The notes beneath the pieces are model-generated. The model saw nothing but the letters and a program-made list of their open reading frames with translations, was not told where the DNA came from and did not search any database. A stretch of 63,903 nucleotides of DNA, counting the filler, from Olpidium bornovanus S191 (Eukaryota; Fungi; Olpidiomycota), in NCBI GenBank assembly GCA_017911155.1. It is 24 parts of 24 records of this genome, joined end to end, with 100 filler letters (N's around TTAATTAATTAA, not from the genome) between each part and the next. Parts side by side here need not be neighbours in the genome. Positions count along the whole stretch, not along the records: positions 1 to 11,631 come from JAEFCI010007542.1; 23 more parts are not named here. One strand, written 5' to 3'. This document shows positions 1-8,747 of the stretch, one piece after another. The position numbers were made by a program, and so were the translations under genes. The number at the start of each line of letters is the position of its first letter. Within the stretch, counting starts at the first letter, position 1.

Positions 1-2100
1 CATGCCAGGCAGCGATCTCGACATCCTCGCTTGGAAAACCAGTCAAGCGACAGCGAAGGTACGGCAGCAGACCTCGAGGCTGGAGTTCAACGAGCAACTC
101 GACTCCAACTTCCAGGATCACTTGATCCAATGGAATGCCCGCGAGACCCCGGAGGCGAAGGCCGCATTGGAGCAGAACGTTGCCGCTCTTCTTGAACAAT
201 TCGAAAGAAGCCATGCCGCCCAGCAGGCGAAAGCAGTCCTTTAACAAAAGGAAGAGAAAATATTGGAGCTCGGCACCGTGGCCAAGTTATTCAAGACCGT
301 AAATTACACTGAAGAGGACGCCGGAGGCGAGGAGAAGCCCGCGCGGCCCTGACTGCCTTGGCTGAGCAGCTTGTCCAAGAGAGACAAGCGGCCGTGGCAT
401 TCAGCAGTGGGCGGAGGCGGAGCTTAAGGGAGAACAGCAGAGAGCTCGCTGCCGAGGCGGAAATGAGGAAGCCGACACGCATCAGAAAGCTCGAGGAGCA
501 CAAACGTGAGATGGCCGAGTTCAAGGAGCGCGAACGTTGGACGGCTGAGCAATCAAAGAATTTTCTGGGTGTTTCAATGAAGAGATGCAAGCGATCATGG
601 CTGCAGGATGCAGCTCGTTATCGAGAACGGGAGAATGGGGGGCAGCTCGCCGCGGCTAAGGAGCGCGAACGTGAGACTGTCGAGGCCAACCGTGGCGTTG
701 AGGAACTTGCCGAGCGTCTCAAAGCAGAGATGCAAACAGTGACGATCGCGGCAGATGCGCATTTTTGACAAGAGCTGGAGCAGCGCGAGCGGTTCGCTGC
801 AGCTCGAGGAGAGCGGCCCTGGACAAGCGCTGCGTTGAGGAACTTGGCGGAGCGTCTCATAGCAGAGACGCAGGCGATGATGGCGGCGGCGGAGACAGCT
901 TTTCGGCACGAACAAGAGAGGAGCGAGCAGCTCGCTGCACGGCTGGAGGAGAGGGAACGTGAGACGGCCGAGGGCAAGCGCAGCGCTGAGGAACTTGCGG
1001 AGCGTCTCAGCGCAGAGACGCAAGCGGTGATGGCGGCGGCGGAGACAGCTTTTCGGCGCGAACGAGAAAGGAGCGAGCAGCTTGCCGCAAAGCTGCAGGA
1101 GCGCGAACATGGGATGGCCCACGTCAAAGATTTACCGAGCATCCCAAAAAAAAGAGGGCAGCAGAACGGGAGGAGCACGAACAGCTCGCCGCCGAGCTGG
1201 AGAAGTGCAGACGTGAGATGTCCCAGGCTGAGCGTGATGTTGGAGAATTTACTGGGCATCTGAAAGAAGAGAGGCGGGCGACGGCGATTCTATCGGCAGT
1301 CCTTCAGCACAAACTGGAAAATGGCGAGCAGCTCGCGGCAGAGGCCGAAACATTGAGGAAAAGAGTCGGCGCGGGCTGGAGAGCTGGCGGAGCTCAAGCG
1401 CAAGACCGCCGAGACCACGGTTTGCAGCGGGACATTGAAGTAATGAGCCAATCGACATTGGCCGCCAAGGCAGCTCTTCAGCATGAACGGGAAAATGGTG
1501 AACAGCCTGTTCGACTGCCAAGACCGAGGCAGTTTCAAAGGGTGGCATTAAAAACCTTACAGAGCGCTCCGCTGCACAGTCTCGGAGACGGCCGACGAGA
1601 ACAAGAGGTTTGGAGAGCCACTGTTCTGCCAGGAGGACAAGTTCCATAAGGTGGTAAAGCGGCGCAGAAAGGACGCTACGCGCGGGGTAAGAAAATCCGG
1701 GCTCAACTTACGACTAAGATCAAGCGGGCCGCCAAATCAAAGGAGGCCGGTCCCGTCCCTGCAGAGGTGACAACTCAACTGGCCGGCAACGGCGAGGCCG
1801 CCGGTTAATCAGTTCCGTCCCTGCAGAGGAGACAACTCAACTGGCCGGCACCGGTGAGGCCGCCGTCCATCTCGTCGAACCAGCGGGCACTGGCAACGAT
1901 GCTGTCCATGGCACTGGCAAAAACGCTGTCCATCCCGTCGAACCGGCGGGCACCGGGAACGCCGCAGTCCATCCCGCCGAACTGGTAGGCACCGGCAAAG
2001 CCGTCTTCCGTCCTCCAGGCCGAACCGGCGGGCATCGTCCATCCTCCAGCCGGCCCGGCGGCCACCGGCAAGCCGCCGTCCATCTCGCCGCAGGGGGCAA
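1..2100 (+). pseudogene. Disrupted repetitive coiled-coil protein gene (about 50-aa EELAERL/ERERSEQLAA repeats) with a 13-aa AVHPVEPAGTGN repeat tail
   Basis: ORFs 2-244, 358-768, 835-1263 and 1218-1649 are E/R/A-rich. The unit GAGGAACTTG(G)CGGAGCGTCTCA recurs near 700, 836 and 987 in different frames. 39-nt repeats near 1860-2090 read AVHLVEPAGTGN, AVHPVEPAGTGN, AVHPAELVGTGK on +. Stops and frameshifts interrupt it. Confidence 0.4.
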
Positions 2101-2927
2101 CAAGAAACGCTCACGACTAGCGGAAAGCAAACCGAGAAGTAAGTCCACAAAAAGCAAAAGACCTCGCCAAGCGAAGGGTGCCTGCCGCCAGGAGTAACAC
2201 AGCTTTCGCAAAAACATGTTCATGTTCTCGCACGCCTTTCCGGTTCGCGGCCCTACCCCGACCTAGCACGGTCTGCCGACACGGATTGATGGTGAACAAG
2301 AACTCAACTGTTTTTTTCCTGGGGCGTATGCACTGCTGGGAGGCATGGCGCGCGATATCGGCTCTCGTGGCGTATGTGGCCTTTCTTTGCGAGGAGGGGA
2401 CAGGGTGGGAGATGGGAAGACGAACCTGCAACGATAACAAGCCAGGGAGACGGAGACGGAGGAGACTTGCGAGAGATGGGAAGAGACTTAGGAAAAGATG
2501 TGGAAGTTCCGTAGGTGGCCCGTCCGTTCTCTAATCTTCCGGTGGGGGGCCAAAGGGAGCGGGCGGTCGCTTGCGATGCCCGCCCGGGCTGGGCGTGATC
2601 GCCAGCTTTTCGGGGTTTTTTTTTTTTTTTTTTTTTTTTTTCTTCTTCTCCTTCCCCGCACTCTCCACTCCTGTTTCCCCGCACTTTTTCCTTTTTTTTT
2701 TTTTTTTTTGTTTCCGCCCCCGCACCTCCTCAGCATCCCCGCGGACCGTAAACGAAAGAAAAAAGAAAAGGGACGACGGAGACTCCGACGGAGCGGGGAG
2801 AGAGAGAAGGGGAGAGCGTGAGAGAGAGAGAGAGCGGAGACAGGAGACAGGCGCTTCCGCATACCGCACACACGGGCTCCCCGCCTCCGTCGTTCTTACG
2901 CGCGTCCCCGCCGCCACTCGAACGAGC

Positions 2928-5541
2928 ATGGTCGCCGAACGCCCGGTCCCCGCCCCCGCACAGCTCTTCGAGATCGCCTTCGAAGTCGCAAACAAAGGTG
3001 CTCCTTCCCCTTTCGCATCACAAAGAGCGCGCAACCGGCGGGGCTTCGCTAACGCCCCCCTTCCGCTCCCCGTACGCGTGCGGTTGGCTTTGCGCCCGTT
3101 TCACGCGTTCGTCCGAGAAAAGTTGGCGGCGTCTACACCGTCATCAAGTCCAAGGTTCCCGTCACCGTTGAGGAGTATGGCGACCGCTACTGCCTGATCG
3201 GCCCGTTAAACCGCAACTTGGCTGCCGTGGAGGGGGAGGCCGTCGAGCCTCCGCCGAGCATCAAGGCTGCCCTCGATCCTATGTCCGCCCAGGGGACCCG
3301 CTACCTTTACGGACGGTGGCTCACCGAGGGCGCCCCCGAGGTCCTCCTCTTCGACCTGGACTCGATGCGCCACAGGACGGAAGAGTGGAGGGGAGACATC
3401 TACCGCGTCGCGAGCATCCCGTCGCCGGACGGCGATTTCGAGATGAACAACGCCATCGTATTTGGCTACCTCGTAGCTTGGTTCCTTGGCGAGGTGGGTG
3501 ACCGTTAGCTCCCGCTCCTGTGGGACGGCTTAGACAGCCCACGGAAGTGCCTGTGCTTTTTGTACCCACGCTCCCCGCATCTGATACCGCTTCTCGCAGT
3601 ACCTTGCCAAAGAGACTTCCAGAGCTGTCATTGCCCACTACCACGAGTGGCTTGCCGCCGTCGGCCTGATTCTCGGTACAAAACGCGACTTCAACCTTAC
3701 CAGCATATTCACTACTCACGCTACGCTCCTTGGTCGCTACCTTTGCGCCGGTTCCGTCGATTTCTACAATGGGATGCAATATTTTGACGTGGATCAGGAG
3801 GCCGGCCGGCGTAATATATACCACCGCTACTGCGTGGAACGCGCCGCAGCCCACTGCGCTACCGTGTTCACGACCGTCTCGCACATCACCGGCTGCGAGG
3901 CGGAGCACCTTCTCAAGCGTAGGCCGGATGGAGTCGTTCCGAACGGGCTGAACGTCGTGAAGGTGGGATTTCCCCTGCCGCGTCCGCCCGTCCAACGCCC
4001 AACGAAACTCCTGACCCCGCGGGCCTTTTTGCGCCCCCTCGCAGTTCTCTGCCATGCATGAGTTTCAGAATCTCCATGCCATCAACAAGGAGAAGATCCA
4101 CGCCTTCGTGCAGGGACACTTTTACGGCCACATGGACTTTGACTTGGACAACACGCTCTACTTCTTCACAGCCGGCCGTTACGAGTTCAGAAATAAGGGG
4201 GTTGATATGTATATCAACGCGCTCAAACGTAATTAAAGGTCCCGGGGCTTGCCGCGCATGAAACGCAGCAAGATGCAAGGCTCAAAAACTCTTACCGTAT
4301 TGTTAAACTGCGACCCAGGGCTGAACGACCGTCTCATTGTTACAAACAGCAAGACTACTGTCGTGGCGTTTATCGTCCTGCCTGCACGCACTCGTGGTCT
4401 TTCCGTCGAGGCCCTAAAGGGTCAGGCGGTCGTGAAGCAGCTCCGCGATACCGTCACAGAAATACAGGCCAGGATCGGAAAACGTCTGTTTGACGCGGCA
4501 TCAAGGTGCGTACGACTTCGGTGCTCGTTTGGTTGCGGACCACACACGAAATGTAGCTGACTGCACGGCCGTTATTTTAAAGCGGGGCAAATCCCGAAGA
4601 GGCCTGCAAAATGAGCGAAGAAGACAAGGTCATCCTCAAGCGCCGCATACTTGCCCTCAAGCGCGACACTCTGCCCTCAATCGTCACCCACGACATGGAG
4701 GATGACGCGAACGATGAGGTGATCAATGAGCTGCGTGCTCTTCACATGTTTAATCGTCCGGAGGATCGTGTCAAGATTGTGTTCCATCCGGAATTCATCA
4801 ACGCCAACAGCCCTCTGTTTGGGATGGACTACGAGGATTTCGTGCGGGGTTGCCACTTGGGCGTTTTCCCCAGCTATTATGAGCCGTGGGGTTACACACC
4901 CGCCGAATGCACAGTCATGGGCGTGCCAAACATCACGACAAACCTGGTATGTCACGAACGGAACCGACAATCGAGTTGCGCGATGTTTCGTATACGCCGT
5001 TCTGACTTTTTTCTTTTTGCAAACAACGAAGGCCGGATACGGTTGCTTCATTGAAGACAGGGTAGAGAGGCCGTCAGACTACGGAGTCTACATCGTAGAC
5101 CGCCGGCTGAAGAACGCAGAGGAGTCCCAACAGCAGCTGGCCGACCAGATGTTCCACTTTTGTTGCAAGACCAGGCGCCAGCGGATCAACCAGCGCAACC
5201 GAACTGAGCGGCTGTCCGAGCTACTCGACTGGAAGCGAATGGGCCTCGAGTACGTCCGCGCGCGGGACGTCGCTCTCCGCCGAAAGTGGCCGGAGGTGTA
5301 CGAGGGCGGCGAGGACGAGTGGTCGTCGGAAGCCGCCTACGGCGGCGACACCAAAATCCCGCGGCCGATGTCCGTCCCGTCCTCCCCGCGCGTCCGGTCC
5401 AAGTTCGTCACCCGAGGAGGGGACGACGACGTCAACGTCGACGGCGAGTCGATCTTCTTCGACGCCCCTTTCACGGCGGGGCTCGAAAACGTCGAAAAGC
5501 TGGCGGCGGGACTCACGCTGGCCACGTACCAAAAATCGTGA
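2928..5541 (+). CDS. GSY: Glycogen synthase (fungal GT3), complete, 7 exons
   Basis: FEVANK|[58 protein letters not shown] and a C-terminal RPMSVPSSP phospho-motif. Introns 2998-3122, about 3493-3599, 3963-4044, about 4229-4318, about 4506-4582 and 4947-5031 splice in frame. Confidence 0.97.
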
Positions 5542-5607
5542 TCTTCTCCCTTGTAATCCTCCTCTCCCGACCCCCCCCCCACCCCCCTCACGTCTCACCA
5601 CGGCAGA

Positions 5608-5646
<39 letters not shown>

Positions 5647-5647
5647 C

Positions 5648-5732
5648 CGCGTTTCTGAGAACGTAGGCGCTCCGCGCGCGAACGACGAAACCGAACAAAC
5701 GCGGAGTGGCAAAACGGGTGTTTGTCCGCCCC
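5648..5732. repeat. Dispersed about 86-bp element, copy 1
   Basis: About 93% identical (6 differences by eye) to 50430-50514 on another contig. Preceded by a poly-A tract. Confidence 0.9.
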
Positions 5733-5839
5733 TTCCCCCCCCCTTTCTCGGCCAAAGAGTTTTCGAATTTTGAGACGGTCTCTTGGTTTGGCCCGGTGAG
5801 TAGTATGTCATAAACGTAGACGGTTGTTACGAGCTGCGT

Positions 5840-6240
5840 CATTGTGCTTTCCCTCCGGCTTCCGCCTCCGCCGTCCGCCATCGCCGCCTCCGCCGTCGCC
5901 GCGCCGCGCGCTTCGGCTCCGCGCTTCGCCGCCGTCGCTTCGGCCCCGCGCTTCGCCGCCGTCGCTGCGCCCAGCGCTTCGCCGCCGTCGCCGCACCCCG
6001 CGCTTCGCCGCCGTCGCCGCGCCCCGCGCTTTGCCGTCGTCGCCGCGCCCCGCGCTTCGGCTCCGCCACCGCCTTCGCCGTCGCGCTCCGCTTTCGCCGC
6101 CGCGGCCCGCGCCCCGCCGTCGCCGCGCCCCGCGCTCCGGCTCCGCCTTCGCCATCGTCGCGCTTCGGCTCCGCCTTTGCCGTCGCCGCGCCCCGCGCTT
6201 CGCCATCGCCGCTTCGCAGTCGCGCACCGCGCGGCGCGGA
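5840..6240. repeat. GC-rich degenerate minisatellite (CGCCGCCGTCGCCGC / GCCCCGCGCTTCG units), probably part of an LTR or TE leader
   Basis: Directly visible low-complexity CCG/CGC repeats. A similar tract lies at 52590-52980 between a PBS and a gag. Confidence 0.7.
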
Positions 6241-6661
6241 TTCTGGCTATTCTGGCTTCTGGCTTCCGAGATTCTGGCTATTCCGGTTTTTGTTCTGGAT
6301 TGTTCTCTACGTCTAAAAGTACGGAGAACATAGGCGCTTTATATAGGTGTGGTCTAATGCCGACGCCGGCGTGGTTATACTGCGTGTGTTCTAGATAGTG
6401 CTGCGCATACCGGTGCGCCATACCATACGGGTGCGCAATATCCATTATTGCGGCTCTGGTACTGGCGTCGGGCTCGGAGATATTCTCTAATATCCCTTAT
6501 TATGGGGCTGGTACTGGCTTTGGGCTCGGAAATACTCCGTAAGCCGATAGTGTGGCGCCGGTACTGGCGCTGAGCTTGGAATACTCCGCAAGCCACAGCA
6601 TGGTGGGAATTCGCCGATGTTGCGGCTCTATCACCACAATGCTGGCGCGCACTATACACAC

Positions 6662-6846
6662 TGTCTTGGTCTTGGTCTTGGTCTGGATGGTCACGTGATG
6701 TCGCGACTAGACACACCAGTGTGTCTAGTGATCTCGGCGATTCCAAGGTCACGTGATTGGTGCTCGGTGGGCTGCCCCCAAGAGGGGTTTGATGCAGCCC
6801 GAGAGGGGTTTGACGATCGTAGCGGGCACGCGCGCGCGCCGTGACA
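6662..6846. mobile_element. Short solo-LTR-like element (TGTC...GACA) abutting the copia integrase
   Basis: (GGTCTT)n start, perfect hairpin ACTAGACACAC-CA-GTGTGTCTAGT, two tandem GCCCGAGAGGGGTTTGA units and a GCGCGCGC(C)GTGACA end. The same architecture occurs at 28471-28638. No TSD found. Confidence 0.5.
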
Positions 6847-8747
6847 CCACTCTCCTCACCGCCAAGTTACCTGTCAAGGTCTGGCCAAAGGTTTGGTATG
6901 CGACTGATCTTGTTTATAACCGCCCGCACTCCTTCCTCGATTATCGTCTCCCGATCGCAGCAATCCAACCAAGTCGTCACTCACGTCCGAATGTCACTTT
7001 TCTCAGAGTTATCGGTTCTTCTGCCTACTCGCATCTACTCAAGGATACCCGGCAGCACAAATTGGCCCCCGCCGCTGAACGCCTCGTCCTGGTCGGCTAC
7101 AGTTCAACCTCCAAGGCCTATCGGCTCTGAATCCCCGAACGGACGAAGTCGTCGAACAATTTGATGTTACCGTTGGCAGATCCGCCCAATTTCCAGTGCG
7201 TGAAAAATTGCCCGCACCTGATTCTGACTCTGCTGCTGACGTTCTTGACTCTCCTCTCGATTCATTAGCCACAGGTGCACACGAAGAATTCACCGTCAAG
7301 CGTATCTTCGATCACTCGCATGACCCCGTCACCGGCTTCCATTTTAAAATTAAATGAAAGGGATATTCTCCCAGTGAAAATTTCTGGGAGCAGGCCGATT
7401 ACCTCAACTGCACAGAAAAGCTTTGGAATTATTGCCGGCGTAAGGGCATCCCTTTTCTGCCGGAGCTCGAACCTGCAAACGCGTCTGCTTCTCCCTCCCC
7501 CCTTTCTTTTTGTCTCCATATCAACCCAGATGACATTCCGCGCATGTATCTCGAGCCCCGTTCCTATCGTGAGGCTGTCACCTCGGTCGACGAAGCCGCA
7601 ATGTCGAAGGAGACTGCTTCTCTACAGGACCGCGGTGTTTATCGACTTGTCCCGCCTCCGTCAGATGCCTGACCGATAAACGGGAAATGGGTCTACAAAG
7701 TAAAACTCCTACAGGACGGCACAGTTGACAAATCAAAGGTGAGATACGTTGCCTGTGGATTTTCGCGGCGCGACGGCATCGATTACGACCGGACCTGGTC
7801 GCCTGTGTTCTCGTTTACGTCTCTTCATTTTATTCTTGCCTACGCAGTCCGACACAGTTGGTCCATCCGGGCTGCAGATTTTGTCTCGGCCTACCTTAAC
7901 GCTCCGCTCTATAAGCCCGTCTACATGCGCCAATTTGAAGGATTTCAGGACGCCGAACGACCGGACGATTTCCTCTTCGTCGTCATGGCCCTTTACAAAA
8001 TACATCAATCAGTGTGGTGCTGGAACGACACCCTCGACCAGGTGCTCTGAAGCATCGGCTTCACCGCCACGGTCAGCGATCCCTGCATGTACATTCTACG
8101 CGCTCTGCCGCAAGAGGGGAGAAGAAGAACGACGAGAAGAAAAGTGTCGAGAAGACCGCACATAAAAATTCTGCGGCGGACCACGACAAGAACAGAAATA
8201 CGCACACGCAGCCCGCGCGAACCGAGCTGGCCGCGCATCAAAACCTGGCGCAATAGAACTCCTCTCCCATTCGCGCTGTTATTTGCACATGGGTAGATGA
8301 TATTGTAATCACAGGCCCTGATGATTCCTTTCTTCATTCCCTCATTCAGACCCTGCAGGCGAAGTGCCCATTCACCGAGGCCAACGACCTGACCTACATC
8401 CTGGGAGCGCAAGTCATCACAGTCAACAACTACGTCTACCTCACCCAGGGTCATTTCATCGACAAAGTATTGGAAAAATTCCACCATGATCAATGCCACC
8501 CGGAAGCTTCACCTCTGGACCCGGCTGCGATCAGCTCACTCGTGCCACGCAATGACACCGCGTCGACAGCAGAACACGCACGATACAGCGAATGCATTGG
8601 TTCACTTCTTTATCTCAGTACGCGCACCAGTCCCGATATTTCTACCGCAATCGCGTTCCTTGCGCGTTTCATGTCCAATCCAGCTCCCGCGCATTGGGTT
8701 GCCCTGAAGCGAGTCCTGAAGTACCTCAAGGGTACGCGGGATCAAGG
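6847..8747 (+). mobile_element. Decayed Ty1/copia pol: integrase C-terminus, SH3-like region, chromodomain, RT (RVT_2)
   Basis: RPNVTFLRVIGSSAY, KLAPAAERLVLVGYSSTSKAYRL, EPRSYREAV, GKWVYKVK, VRYVACGFSRRDGIDYDRTWSPV, DFVSAYLNA, DPCMY, WVDD (8290-8301), YSECIGSLLYLSTRTSPDI, HWVALKRVLKYLKGT. Four TGA stops, a frameshift near 7135 and an insertion near 8102-8256. Confidence 0.93.

Noticed and set aside
2488-2871. Many poly-K/poly-F/poly-R ORFs here and throughout the window
   Set aside because: They are translations of homopolymer tracts and GC-rich low-complexity DNA in introns and intergenic regions.
7128-8050. TGA-to-Trp recoding suggested by TGA at conserved Trp positions in the copia
   Set aside because: Other TGAs fall at Arg/Lys-type positions, and host genes use TGA as a normal stop (e.g. 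glycogen synthase, OGT). Mutational decay explains it.
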